A stretch of DNA of 63,929 nt, counting the filler, from Octopus bimaculoides (lineage: Eukaryota): NCBI RefSeq assembly GCF_001194135.2. It is 3 parts of 3 records of this genome, joined end to end, with 100 filler letters (N's around TTAATTAATTAA, not from the genome) between each part and the next. Parts side by side here need not be neighbours in the genome. Positions count along the whole stretch, not along the records: positions 24,093 to 44,536 come from NC_068984.1; 2 more parts are not named here. One strand, written 5' to 3'. Position numbers and translations under genes: made by a program. Under the pieces are notes generated by a model. The model saw only the letters and a list, made by a program, of their open reading frames with translations. It did not search any database and was not told the DNA's origin. Position 1 is the first letter of the stretch. Every line of letters starts with the position of its first letter. This document shows, piece after piece, positions 24,469 through 38,949 of this stretch.

Positions 24469-25149
24469 AAGTAATATTTCGCTGTATATCCGTGAAAACC
24501 GCACAATGATTGCGTATGTTATGTTACCTCTTATAAGACGGAAAAAGTTGTCAGCAGACAGCCACGGATATCTTCATTTAGCGGGGTTTCGTTGTCTTTA
24601 CACACGGCAGAAATATCAGGTACAAATGCCTCTGCGTGGAGTCTTGATCATCGATATAAAATATTGTCTGGGTGTGCGCAAGGAATCTTAGATGTAACAG
24701 ATAGCGAGAGAAAGAAGTAAGAGGAGAGGAGACGAGCGGAAAGTTAAAGGACTCTATACAAGTAATGAATAGGGTGAGAAAGGATTCTTTTCGAAAAGAA
24801 ATAAAAAGGTAGAAAGAAAGAAAGATAGGTGGCTGAATATGTGTAACCAACGTACACAAAATAAAATTACGTATACATGTGTATACAAAAGTGTATATTA
24901 GCATAAATGCACATATAAGATTACATATATAAATATATGGAAATATGCACATAAATACACATCCACACAAATATAAGTGAATACATGCATACATATACAC
25001 CCATGTATGTATGTTCACAAGTATAAAAATATACGCTTGCACATATACATAGAAGCATACATACGAATACATATGCATGCCAACAATACAAACATCCACA
25101 TAAAAACATATCTAGGTCCTGACGTATAAGTTCTATACCCGTGTGTAAG

Positions 25150-25745
25150 TTCTATACTCGTGTGAGCTCTCTATCTGCAGCTTGACTCTGTACACGATTC
25201 CTTTCTCCAGACATTTTTTTTCCAACCGACAGGAGGTCCCATCTTTGCATTTGCAATTTTTAAGAGGAGAATCGGCACTATTATTATTTGCAATGGCCTT
25301 ATTGATGTGTCGGTTAATGAAAGAGGCGAAATTTTTTTTGCAGCAAGAATAGCTGATCTTAAGTCTTTTATTAAATATTCTATAAAACTTATGGATAGTT
25401 GAAAATGTCTAGCAACTAATTTTAAGAATTCCCTACCTATATTTGTTTTTACGGCCATATTGAAAGCTGAGTTAAACCACAAAACCTTCCTAGTCCTTGT
25501 TCTACGTGTAGCATTACTGGTAGCATTAAGTTGGTTATTATATTTTCTCAGAGAATCCACTATTCCTTAATGTACTATTGTAATAAGGTGCGGCATTTTG
25601 AAATGCTGCCTCATCCGAAGAAATTGACGATATTCGTCTACCTACATTACTGACTAAATTTCAAAGAATTACTGTCGGATGTTTGGATTCTTTGCTAATA
25701 TAAGATAGCTTATGATTAGGCTTACGGTAAGGTTTGCATTTATCC
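25150..25745 (-). mobile_element. Penelope-like element (Neptune-type) RT thumb/linker fragment
   Basis: YISKESKHP...RRISSISSDEAAFQNAAPYYNSTLRNSG, RKVLWFNSAFNMAVKTNIGREFLKLVARHF. Confidence 0.85.
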
Positions 25746-25765
25746 GGCTGTAAATCCAAATTTAC

Positions 25766-25843
<78 letters not shown>

Positions 25844-26229
25844 ATATANNNNNNNNNNNNNNNNNNNNNNNNNNNNNNNNNNNNNNNNNNNNNNNNNNNN
25901 NNNNNNNNNNNNNNNNNNNNNNNNNNNNNNNNNNNNNNNNNNNNNNNNNNNNNNNNNNNNNNNNNNNNNNNNNNNNNNNNNNNNNNNNNNNNNNNNNNNN
26001 NNNNNNNNNNNNNNNNNNNNNNNNNNNNNNNNNNNNNNNNNNNNNNNNNNNNNNNNNNNNNNNNNNNNNNNNNNNNNNNNNNNNNNNNNNNNNNNNNNNN
26101 NNNNNNNNNNNNNNNNNNNNNNNNNNNNNNNNNNNATATATATATATATACCTACCTACATACATATACGCATATACATATTTGTATGTATTTAAGGATA
26201 TGGTAATTGCTCCATATTCGGTGTTAGTC

Positions 26230-26800
26230 ATATTTATGACTCCACCTACATCTCTCCGATGACTATCCAGTCCCTTTGCAGATCTGCATTATTTGGGATA
26301 TAGGTGAGAGATCAAAATCGTAACCTACTCCGTGTTTCCAAATGACATGTCCTGTACACATTACCCTTTTCAAGCACCATTGGACTTTCTGTAGATTAAA
26401 TGCCAAATAGGATCCCCATAGAGAGATATCAGTACATCACTGGAATACAGTGATAAACGCTTGTAGCACACAGTTACCATTCTGTGATCGTCCATGTCTA
26501 GTACGCGTTTTCCATCCGAAGCAAGATGACTGGCAATCACGGGAAACCGCAGGTTTTACGTCAGTGTTTCATACTAGGATACTATAGCAGTTAAGGTTAT
26601 AAACCAAGGGTATTTTTGCGTCACCACGCTCAGTTGGTGTGCCATTACATATGCTAGTTAACTAACTGCTGGGACCCAGACAGATGCTACGTATCCGAGT
26701 AGGAGTAGCTAAATGGTGCTTCCACACTGCACCAAGCCCTAGAACTCTCGAACAAGAGCCCTACTGCCAGATGCAGTTTAAAGTCTTACCCAGGGCACAC
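26230..26800 (-). mobile_element. Possible very old RTE-type 5' fragment
   Basis: Reverse complement starts GTGCCCTGGGTAAGACTTTAAACTGCATCTGGC, resembling a recalled RTE-associated leader. No clear coding motif recovered. Confidence 0.25.
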
Positions 26801-27873
26801 ATACACACATACTCACACATGCACACATATACTCAAAGCTAACACACACATACTTATATGTTCATATACACATTTACAAATTCATACACATACATGTATT
26901 TGTGTCCGTGTATTGCTTCATCAGATAATCGAGAGCTCCATAGTTGAATAGGACAGCAATTAATTTAGCATAAAATATATATGAATTTTGAGTCAGATTT
27001 CACATCCACCAAACTGTTTTCTGCCTTAACACAGTGTCATCAGAAGGTAGACGTTTCACGGGAAGACTTTGTTTGCCTAATATAATAATATAGGCTATAT
27101 AGATAAAACAAGAATGCATAAAAAGAATTATGATTTGGAAATAATTATTTATACGTATGCGTAAAACCAATTTAGTGGATATTGCATAAATGACCTTTTC
27201 CATAAATGGAAATAGTTATATCAATTTACAGTAGAAATAGATTTAAAGAATAAGGTCTTTTGAATATTTTTTTTATAAAGAAAAGATAGGCATTGTTTGT
27301 AGGAATCAGTATCGGTATCTCATATAAATGACATATAAGGTAATTTATAAAATACAAAAATAAAAACAAAATCATCTTATATCAAGGAATATTACTGACA
27401 ATGAACTAACTGCTGTTTGTCAGGAAAATTAACTATGCGTTTGTTATGTAAGCTGGTTATTAGAATATTGAAAGCATTATTCTATTGATGCTCATTTAAA
27501 ACTGGCATAGAATTTTCAATTCTGTATCATCAATTTTTGTTTAGACATTATCATGTAGACAAAGCAATCTCTATCACACTTGTAACACAAGGCTTGAAAG
27601 CAAAACTGGTGCAATATTGAATAATGCCATTAGTACAGAGCTTCCTTTCGTCTAACAGTTCTATTTTCTCTCAGTAGTCACAAATATAAAATGCTAAAAT
27701 GTTTTCCCCTTTCCGACGTTTTAGTATAAGCAACATCAACTAGATAAGTATAGATTCATACTAATCTCTTACGAAAATCGCACACGGATTAAATTAGCTT
27801 CGACTTCGTCACAAAGTGAAAGACCTTTTTTTACAAAGTTATAGATGAAAAAAAATTTTGATAGTCTGAGTTT

Positions 27874-28032
27874 CAGGCGGCGAGTTGGCAGAATCGTTAA
27901 CACACTGGGCAAAATTCTAAGAAGTATTTCGTCCATCTTTACGTCTTGGGTTCAAATTCAGCCGAGGCTGACTTTGCCATTCATAATTTCGGACTTGATA
28001 GAATTAGTAGCAGTTGAACACTAGCATCGATG
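27874..28032 (+). mobile_element. Dominant-family SINE, 3'-truncated
   Basis: GGCGGCGAGTTGGCAGAATCGTTAAC head, GGGTTCAAATTC B-box. Confidence 0.8.
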
Positions 28033-28607
28033 TATGTTAATATGAACTTGTTACAAGTTCCAATGAATCTGAGACATATTCAAACAAGTAGGACGGTCAT
28101 TTACTGCAGTGATTGAGAAAGAATACTCGCTCTAGACAAAAAGGTGTAACTACACCAGTTCAGTTCGGAACACTCTTTAACCACATTGATTAATGCATGC
28201 AGGCTTTAGCATAATTTTATCCTTAAAAATTTTACTCGCATTATAATAGTTGACACGAGACCACGGAAAGATAAGTTTGCCCTACTTAGCACGAAATGCA
28301 TTTTTAACTATAAATGACTATATTGGAATCATAGGTTATCTTTCATATTGAAGTACTGTAGATTTACTTGCTTTTTTCCTCTCAAACTGCATGAGCTTAA
28401 AGCATAATTATGGTTATATAAACACCGATCTACAAATGTATAATATTTAATATAATTTATAATTTTATATGTCAAGTGTATTAGCTCTTTGAGAATATAA
28501 TACTATAACTGCAATATTCAGCTTAAATTTATGAAACCTATTCAGGCATAGAAAGGACAATCATGGCAAAAGTACAAGTGTGCAGATTTGAGAAAATGCA
28601 TAACACG

Positions 28608-28655
<48 letters not shown>

Positions 28656-30254
28656 CACACATGCACAATTATAAAATCTAGATTTTACACTGTGACTTCG
28701 GAAAGAGCCCCGATTATGTTCCCTTTGGTACAACCAGTCTGATGAATACTAAAATTACTACACTCAAACGTTTCACAAATTCAACATTTTAACATACTGG
28801 GAGATTTAAAGAAATTATGGTTAAGTAAACTTTCTGTAAAGCAAACAACTTAGGAGGAGTTGAGAAATATAAAAACTTGCACAAAAGAAATGGCATAAAT
28901 TTAAAATGGACGCCTAAAGGATAAATGGAAGTGAATAAATTTATATCATTACTTATAAAACAGCATATAGAAAGAGTTGATCAAACTCGGCTCATCAATA
29001 CTATGATTATAATATTTAAAGATTTTTACAAATTCAAGATTTAATAATATTGATGTCATTCTTCAATAACAAAAATATTGTAAAACAACGAGACAAACGT
29101 GTTAGGAGAAGCACAGTTGAATAAACACCTACAGATAAATCGAGAAGTTAAATAAATGGCAGAGAGTTAATATAAATGTATAAAGGTTGAATAGTAAAAG
29201 AAAGAAACGGACAAAGAAAAGTAAAGTTACAGAACAATAGAACGAAGAATATGAAAGGAAAACAGAAGGAAACGTTTGAATATAGCATGAAACACTATAC
29301 TTTTGTCTACAGGCGTTGTATAATAATGCATACTTCTATGGAGACAAGATAAATTTGGTCGCCGGCAAGTAAGAAACATGTATATATTTAAGAGGAAGTG
29401 AAATATAAAAACGATAGAAATAATAAAATGTACAATATATATATGAGGGAGGCGTGCGGGAGCTTAGGTGTATGTGTATGATAACAAGCGTAAAAGAAGA
29501 TTAGATGGAATGAGAAGAGGAACAACGTAAGAAGATAATAGTGGGGAACGAGAGAAAATTAATGTATATAAGTATACAAAAACGAGAGAAATATAGGAAT
29601 GATGTATACTCGTGTTCTTACACAAATGCTAAGAAGAACAAATAGTGAAACAATGTTCAGAGAAGAAAAATACAAGAAAAAATGAAATTGATGAAAAAAG
29701 ATAAAAGCGAAGAATAATGAAGATGTGTGAAAGAAAATGGAGATATATATAAATATGAAGTGAACAACGGTAACAAATTATCAGTACTTAAATGGTTACA
29801 AAAATCAATGGAAGAAATATATTCAAATACTTTTCTTTTTCAATTGTGTAAAGGTTCCGGTTAACCGCAAAGTCTACCATTTATAAAAGAAATATCTTTA
29901 ACATCTCCTTGCTTACAAAAAGCCTTTGACACAAAATTGCCAGTTACGAAAAAGATCTCAGAATATTCAAAGAACGTTCAAATCACTTCAAATGATTTCT
30001 ATAACTTAGAACGAATTTCAAAGAAATTCCGACTATAAAATGAGAATATAGTTAACCTGTAGTTATAATAAAAAACACGCCATCCATTATTTATTACATA
30101 AATTTCAAAAACTGACCACAATATTAGAGCACATATGGTCCCTTCATCCTTAATTCTCAAGATATGTTGCAAGGGATATCTGATGCTTAGATCAACAGAA
30201 TGCTTCTGCTGTCTTTAACTATTATTGGAAATATGTCTTCGTACGACGAACTTC

Positions 30255-30570
30255 GGAGGCGCATTGGCCCAGTGGTTAGGGCAGCGGACTCGCGGCCGGA
30301 GGATCACGGTTTCGAATCCCAGACCGGGCGTTGTGTGTGTTTATTGAGCAAAAACACCTAAAAGCTCCACGAGGCTCCGGCAGTGTGTGGTGGTGACCCC
30401 TGTTGTACTCTTTCGCCCCGACTTTCTCTCACTCTTTCTTCCTGTTTCTTGAGTAACGCTGCGATGGACTGGCGTCCCGTCCAGCTGGAGGGGGAACAAA
30501 TACGCCATAAAAACCGGGAAACCGGGCCCATGAGCCTGGCTAGGGTTTGAAAGGGCGACGTTTATCGTTT
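30255..30570 (+). mobile_element. tRNA-Arg-like SINE (OR-type), body type 2 with Meta/V-domain-like tail
   Basis: Same 5' ~190 bp as 138-326, then GCTGCGATGGACTGGCGTCCCGTCCAG...AAACCGGG. Confidence 0.8.
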
Positions 30571-30799
30571 TTACAACGAACTTTAAGACATTGTAGGCAA
30601 TCTTGAAGGTTTCTAAGCCATAACCTGGTAGTACGCATAAGGCATGCATTTCAAAATAGTTTTTCATTTTGTCGTCTCTACCTAAGTAGTGATCGTTTCT
30701 CAGAATATAATTAGATAATTTACTCATTTCTAAGATTTGTTTTCGCTATACTTTGAATATACAGAAGTATTGAATGTTTCGTTCTTCATTTCTCTCGTA

Positions 30800-30931
30800 T
30801 TACATTCTTCTTCTTCTTCTTCTTCTTCTTCTTCTTCTTCTTCTTCTTCTTCTTCTTCTTCTTCTTCTTCTTCTTCTTCTTCTTCTTCTTCATCATCATC
30901 ATCAGCTGCTGCTGCTGCTGCNNNNNNNNNN

Positions 30932-30972
<41 letters not shown>
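30800..30972. repeat. Compound trinucleotide microsatellite (TTC)n(ATC)n(GCT)n(CTA)n
   Basis: Direct reading. Confidence 0.95.
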
Positions 30973-30973
<1 letters not shown>

Positions 30974-30989
30974 TTTTTTCGCTGTGCAG

Positions 30990-31470
30990 TGCAGCAAGCC
31001 ACGCTCTCAAAGACCGTCACTGTAACTTCGATAGCATTATCCAGCGCTGTGCCGAACTGATTTGCCATGTCAGTTGTGACAACGCCGGCCGGGCTTGGTC
31101 TCCAGTTTGTAGTGAACTTGGAGCTGCTGGCCTGTTTATCGTCAGTTTTCTGCAGCCTCAACCTCTTGCGGAGATATTCCACGGGTTAGGCAGACCTGAT
31201 GTGGCCCGGGTGCCAAAGTCAGCCATTACTGATTGCACCGCTAAGGGGTTCACCGTCCACCAGAATATTGACGTTCAAAGCAACCGGGAAAACATCAAGA
31301 TGCAAGTCCACTCTCGAGAGGCTAGAAGCATCACTTGACCAGCACAGCTTTGCCTGCATCCGTTCCGTTTCGCAGCCAAATAGCGTTGCGTAGCTTATGT
31401 CCTCCTCACATAGCGGTAACCTTCTAGCAGAGGAGTGCATCGTTATCGATGTGGCCCAATACCTTGTTCT
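30990..31470 (-). mobile_element. MULE-type transposase remnant with FLYWCH-like finger
   Basis: LLEGYRYVRRT*ATQRY..K.NGC.AKL...LH; then LPNP.NI...RPAAPSSLQ...VTTDMANQF...LDN. GC-rich; frameshifted. Confidence 0.5.
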
Positions 31471-31489
31471 CCGCGCGTGCGAGCTTCAC

Positions 31490-32135
31490 AAATATGACTG
31501 CGAACGATAGTAGAACTTGTGTGGTGGAGTATTGATGATACAATACTATTTTTTGTCTGTTTGTCTAGGTGTGTTTTCTTGACAGCCTTTCCTAACTGCC
31601 TCAGCAAGGTGGCATAGTCCTCTCCATAGATGGTCTGGCAATTTTAATGATAGACAATTAACACAATGATATTTGCATCACAAAACGCCTGAGGACATCA
31701 ACTTCCCTGCAGATAAGGCAACCTTGGCCTTCTTTGGAGCAAATGAGGAGGAGTGTTTCCACTACGTCGATTGACTTTCATGTCTCTCGTTCAAAGTGAT
31801 GAAGAAAATACTCATCCTGGCTTAGGAGACGTTCAAGGAAACCATCGGGATCTGCTTGAAACAATGTCAAATTTTCCCATGTTGTGATCACCTTGGTGTA
31901 AGATAACGTGGATCCCACCGAAATTCGTCATGCCAATTTCATTGTACAGGGTATTCTCAACTTTCTCAACGGCTATGCTAATAGTATTGGCTATTTGATT
32001 CAAAATGAATCACCTGCTATCCATGAGTATGTGATGAACACGATTCTTTTCTTGGTGGTGTCAGTTGTAAGACGTCGAGTCCTTGGGCCATCTTCAGAAC
32101 TCTCCTTTCCACTCTTAAAGTCAGTTGTCTAATTT
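31490..32135 (-). mobile_element. mariner transposase remnant
   Basis: FKSGKESSEDGPR, NQIANTISIAVEKVENTLYNEIGM, LFQADPDGFLERLLSQDE, APKKAKVALSAGK, YATLLRQL. Confidence 0.9.
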
Positions 32136-32324
32136 TACATTGTTGATAAATCTCGTGCGGCATCCCCAAATATTAGTGCATATAAGCTTAGATTTGGCCA
32201 ATCCTATATTGCTTATGTTTGCCGTGTATGGTTTAGAATAAGGTTTTTGACCGAGTCTGGAGTACAATCTCAATTTCGGAGTTACGTCCACGGATGCTAC
32301 AAATCTGTCACTATCCAGTGTATT

Positions 32325-32884
32325 ATTATCATTAGTGAGTGAGAGAGCAGTGCATGCCATCAAAGCGAAGCTGGGGTAAAGTATACGAAGCCCAGTATAC
32401 CCATCATGACTACGCGTCTGATAAGGGTACACCAGGCACGTGCATCACAACCATATGTGCGCGACATAGTGATCACATATCAAGATAAATAGCGCATGAC
32501 CTGGCACGTGAGGCCCAGTTAGGATTTTCTTCAGGTCGAGTAGGCCATCCCGCTCAAAAGGTCCCTGAATAAGGGTTGTTTAAGGATGTTGAACGAAAAA
32601 CCCATGTCTCCAAAGGTGAATTATCCAAACCCCAAAGAATTCTTCTCATCACTTATTCCGCAGATCATCTACTCATGATCAGAAATGCACATATCTTCAG
32701 CCATTAAAGGATATGTTCAACTGGTTATATTCGAACAAATGACAAGCAAATATGCAGTAATGAGCAAAATATTTGCTGTAGCTCATCTGTTATAACAAGA
32801 CAAAACAATGCATATGATAACACTTCGAATCAATTAAGATAACATTTCCAATCAGTTAAGATCAGAAGCCTGGTACTGCATCAT

Positions 32885-32885
<1 letters not shown>
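32325..32885 (-). mobile_element. Interspersed non-coding repeat (probable LINE 3' UTR or non-autonomous derivative) embedded in (AAT)n
   Basis: Recalled as an abundant octopus repeat (GTGAGAGAGCAGTGCATGCCATC...). The same terminal ~25 bp recurs at ~51779-51802. ATT repeats on both sides. Confidence 0.6.
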
Positions 32886-33095
<210 letters not shown>

Positions 33096-33169
33096 TTATT
33101 ATTTTAATATTGTTAGTATTGTTAGTATTGTCATCATTATTATTCAGTAGTTTTATTTATATCATATGC

Positions 33170-33600
33170 TTTCAGTCCAATAACGATCGTAGTTCTGTAA
33201 GCTGTGAGTATTTGCAGTGGTGTATTTTGGTATTACCACTTTTACTGCATTGAAAGTACTTTAGGTCGATATGTTCAGTGCCTAGGAATGCTATTTTGAG
33301 TATGCTTATTTGTAAGTGTTGGTGTTTTGGTCTGTATGTATCTTAACCATACCTTATGCATTTATTCAGGATTATTTCTGTTATCACAGGAATAATTTCG
33401 TGCTTCATGTTCGGGTTATATACCTTTCCAGATCTTTGTATTTCCAGGGTTTCTCTGTATATGTTTAGAGACAGATTGTCAGCTCTTAGGACTGATATGT
33501 CGAATAGAAGGCATTTTTTCTTGCCTTCCCTGACAATATCTGGCCCATTTGGCTTGCAGTCTCTCTCTTTGTGTGCACTGGAATATCCCAGAATATGGCT
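33170..33600 (-). mobile_element. R4/Dong-like RLE domain and 3' end
   Basis: CKPNGPDIVREGKKKCLLFDISV..DN..L...E (RPD..D..P motif). Confidence 0.75.
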
Positions 33601-36600
33601 AGTAGGTCTCAATTCTATCATATCTATAGATATGTTCGTTCTGAGCGACGACTAGGGGGTAAGAGACAATATGATTTCTTGTTTCTCCCCCCCCCCCCCC
33701 NNNNNNNNNNNNNNNNNNNNNNNNNNNNNNNNNNNNNNNNNNNNNNNNNNNNNNNNNNNNNNNNNNNNNNNNNNNNNNNNNNNNNNNNNNNNNNNNNNNN
33801 NNNNNNNNNNNNCCGCACATTATTCTGTTACTTTTGCATTCTTCTTCATTATGAGTTTTGCTTGTTTCTGGTGGTCAGATTTCGATCTTGTGACACAATA
33901 AAAAAACCCTTCAGTCTCTGCTTTCCGTCCAGAGATTCTCAACTATTGCTACTATGTCTGTGTTGGTCATATAATATGCATACACCCACTCGACACACTT
34001 ATATATATGCATAACATATGTACATATGTGTTAATATACGTATGCGTATTAAGACATACATATGTATACTACATACAGTTAACGACCGTCGGGGTGGTTT
34101 AGTTCTGAAAAGATGCTTGTTTGGCTACAAAACAAGGGATTATACCTATCTATTAAAAGCTTAAAACCAATATGTATACCTAAAACGTAGATTGGGAAAT
34201 ATATTGGTTCTTGTGAAACCTTTCCACAAGCAAGATCTCTCTGAGAGTGGTAATCTTATTATCAATCACTAAGATCTTTCTTTTTTTCTGTCAGGAGCTA
34301 AACTACTAACGTTCCCATCAGTACAAAAAAGAAAGGCAGACGTTCTATGAATTTTGCTCTAGACTGTAATTACTTTCCATTTATAATGAATTGCTTTGAT
34401 TTGATCTATATATCACACTGTAAATCATGCTGATGATGTTTGAGAAGCACGAAATAGCGATGTACATAATTACTACTTAACTGAAATTTTAAGAACTTTG
34501 AAATATATAAAAAAATAGAAAGCATAAATATAAAAATAATAAATAGATAAGCACATAGTAATAACTAAATAAAATAAAACATACGTAAATAAAAATATAA
34601 ATGATAAATAAATATAAAAATAAAGAAAATAACATAGAACATTACAAAAAATGTGAATTCTGGACATCATTTTCCTTATAACTCCTTAATTTCAAATTCA
34701 AATATTTAATCCTTTTAGTTATTATGAAGAAAGTTTGAGTTCGTCTCTAAAGCAGAGAATTCTTTGGTAAAACTTTATTACTTTATATCACAAAGTTTAC
34801 TAAATACATACATGAGTAAAAGTTTCTCAATCTTAAAATTATGCTCATTCTCTCTAGATGAACTTTCCAACAAACTCTTCAGCATGTTTAAGCCAAGTGC
34901 AAGCATCATTACTCAATAAAACCAAAACTAATTCAGTAAAGTTTTGTTGATGGTAAGAATCAAAGCATATTTGTATACATGTTCCTTTTACAATATTTTC
35001 CTCGTGATGATATATTTCCCAATTATCTCCCTAAAATAAACATATCCCTTTTATATATTAAAGTAAATATTTACGAGGAGTCTAAGTAATTACATAATTT
35101 AATGCGTATTCCTGCATGTTAGAAGAAGTGTTTTCTCTATCACTTATCATAATCACACTATCTCTACAGCCTTACTCCAACACTATTTTTGTAACAATTC
35201 ACATAAGCGTTTTAACGATTGTGATTTCAAGTTATTTTTCAGCATTCCATCAGAACTTATTACACTGGAATAACTTCTGCATGAAGTTTTCCTTCTAATT
35301 CCTAATTTTCACAATTTATGTTGAACATTGAAACACGCATACGCGTGCACACACACACGTACACATGCTCATAATCTCATGCATGCACACACACACATAT
35401 ATACATCTATATTTAAATACATACGTAAACACACTCGTATACAAACACAGATCAATTTGCATTGATTTATATACATGCAGTTCTCATGCCTACTTAATCA
35501 AATTCAATATATTTTATGATTTACTACAATTCAAAATATAGATCTCAAAAATTCCCTCATGTAATGTATTTTAATATTGAAAACTAACTTAGGAACAGAT
35601 AACAAATATCGTGAAGATGGTATGCGTTGACAACTTGTCATGGCATTTTGTGTGTTATTTAAACTTCATCATTATCTCTCCCTTTTTCTCTGATTAACCT
35701 ATTTATATATGAGTTTTGGTCTATTTATCTGAAAGTATGATCGGATGTGTGTATACGGTATTTGTATATTACTTTGTGTAACTTGAATCGTTAACCATTA
35801 ATATATTTAAATAACAAAGTTTGATTACTTTGATGCAAAACACAATAAATTGGATGAAATGGAAATAGTCGATAATCCACACTACTTCTGCACTTAATTC
35901 TAGGTTTCAGTGAGCAATTGTCGGAATTAGGTTTTTAACGAAATCCGACAAAATATTGAGAATATATTGTTTATTGCCAATTGTAATATTACAGGTTATT
36001 TTTGATTTGATACGATTTTCTTGGTTCTAATATAATATTAAGGGATGTGCATTACCCTTCCAAGTGAATTGAAAATAATTACATCAGTTTCAGGAGAAAC
36101 TACGAAAGAGACTGCCGTTTTGATTCCTGAGAATCTCATCGTAGTAGGCATAACAACATATTACCTTTTGCATACTTCATTATTGATTTTAGCTTCTCAG
36201 AACATCATAAACGCTTTTAGGCGGGTATGATTATTTAATTTAATAAACGCATAATTTATCGATTCCCGAATAAACGACACGCCAAATCAAACCTAGCGGG
36301 ATCTGAAGGCAATAATGCATCAACGATTTGAATGTATACTCCTAGAAAATATAGGATTACCACCAGTCTTGCAGTTGTAAACATTTTAAACGTGGCCATC
36401 ATTTCTATTTCTTATAAATGCGTTTAGTTATTACGAACAATATTTTACACTAAGCAATCCCAGATCAACTCCATCTACGTTTGGTCATATGTTTAGGGCA
36501 ACGTATGGTCAAATACATTCCATCGGTGATTATCTTGTGTTACACATATCCAATCCTAAAGATTCTAATGCATCTTTTTTATTCTAGGATGCTTTTTTTC

Positions 36601-38849
36601 CCGAAAGATAGGATTGATTTTTATGGAGTAGTAAATTTACTTAGATTCATTCGTATTGGCTATGTAGATTGCTTTAAATACTGCACTTTTTGAATCATAT
36701 GCATGCAAGCATATATTACATTATAAACTGCCTGTATGTAATGATTATTGATTTGAGACCTTCTAAATACTTTACATGAAGCCAATGAAACATATATTCA
36801 CGCACCTATCATTATATATCATATGACTGTATTTGCAGCTTGTTTCAATATCATCAGCATAAATCAGAATATACTTTGAAACATGCATGTGATTTTTTTC
36901 GAAGATACTCGAAACAATGCTATCTTATATCCATAGCACGATGCGCTCTTCAGAGGTACCATTATAGAATGCAAGCAACGCAGTATCGATTTTTAAAACG
37001 CTCTCGATTAAAAGGCCCTCAAAGCATTACAATATCATTTACGCGAACATTATCAGTGTTTTACATTATAATCATAAAATCTCAAGTGGATGTCTCTCAG
37101 TTTTGGGAATATATCACTTAACAAGCAACATTAATTCAGAACTTAAAATCCTAATTCTGCATTGTTTGCTGACATAATTTGGTTTTGCAAAAACTGCATT
37201 TATGTTACTGTAATTCTTAAGCTTGATACAAACTTCCCCTTCGTATATACTCAATAATGACAATTTGAATTTCATACATTTTAATCTGACTCAATTCATA
37301 ATTATTTTAAAACGTATGTTACGTTTAAGCAAGCATTTATTAACCAAAAGACAGAGAATTATGGGAAGAGTATTCTAAGTAGAATGTACTCGAGCCATGT
37401 TATATAATATTTAAATGCGTTTTATTTGTTTAGTATTAAGGCGGTTCATGAATGACACCGTTACAACGTCGGGTGACAATTCTTGCAGTTTTTCCATCAA
37501 GTTAATTTCTGTGTTTAAATCTCACAGAGTACTATATATATAAATGTGGACCTATTTTTAGTAAATCGTGAAAAATACATCTTTAGTGTGAAATCTTGTA
37601 ACACTTACCAACGACTTAGTTTGAGTTTGATATAACAACATGATATATAACTTTTTTGAAAAATACGCATTTTGCTGGAGCGTATAATATATATCTGGAA
37701 ACTAATTAATCTCATGGATTATAAAGTGCGACATTCAACAGCAGAAATTATTCAAAACACTGAATTTCTCAAATTATGCACACGATATTGAGAATAAGAT
37801 TATAAACAGCCTGACATTATTAAGATATCACACAATTCAAATTATATTTCTTTTAAGTTACCACTATAGTAAATTAGCAGCTACATTTTAGAAGTTTCTA
37901 GATTTCCAGAGCGTATCATATATTCGTTATTTAAAATACGTCAAAATGAATATTCAAAGCAAGAAACCCGCAAACTATTCGATAAACTAGGTTTAGAGCA
38001 ACACAATTTAATATATGGAGAAAAATTGAATAAAGAAAAAATTCTAAGCTTACATATATATAATCTAGAGACTTTTTTCTTTCTAAATACTGGTTAACCA
38101 CATAGAATATTGAATGAGTTAGTCAACAGTCAAAATGAAAGTTAAATACATTCAGTTTACAGAAAATAAAAAAAACATGGTTAAGTGAACCAAATCGTCA
38201 ATATTTGCTTTATTTTCGTAATGTAAAAATATAGTTTACTTTAAAATAAATATAAGCCTTAAACGTATTTATTCAGTTAATAAATGTATGATGGAACTAA
38301 GCTTCCAAAATGTGAATTCATTTGGTCTATCATCTGAAGTTACTGCAGGTTATTAAGAAGCAATAGAATTTATGTTTTTCATTAAGTAAATTGACAACTT
38401 ACATACATAGATACATGCATACATACAAACACATGTATTTAGTATTAATGCCAGATGAAAAATAGAAACCTTTCAAACCTATCCAGCTCTGACATATATA
38501 TNNNNNNNNNNNNNNNNNNNNNNNNNNNNNNNNNNNNNNNNNNNNNNNNNNNNNNNNNNNNNNNNNNNNNNNNNNNNNNNNNNNNNNNNNNNNNNNNNNN
38601 NNNNNNNNNNNNNNNNNNNNNNNNNNNNNNNNNNNNNNNNNNNNNNNNNNNNNNNNNNNNNNNNNNNNNNNNNNNNNNNNNNNNNNNNNNNNNNNNNNNN
38701 NNNNNNNNNNNNNNNNNNNNNNNNNNNNNNNNNNNNNNNNNNNNNNNNNNNNNNNNNNNNNNNNNNNNNNNNNNNNNNNNNNNNNNNNNNNNNNNNNNNN
38801 NNNNNNNNNNNNNNNNNNNNNNNNNNNNNNNNNNNNNNNNNNNNNNNNN

Positions 38850-38896
<47 letters not shown>

Positions 38897-38949
38897 AAAT
38901 ATATATATAGACTTATGTCCCTTTGTGTTTGTGTGTATCAATGCTTGTC

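Noticed and set aside
28960-29830. Long purine-rich stretch
   Set aside because: Low-complexity A/G skew with frequent stops and no periodicity.
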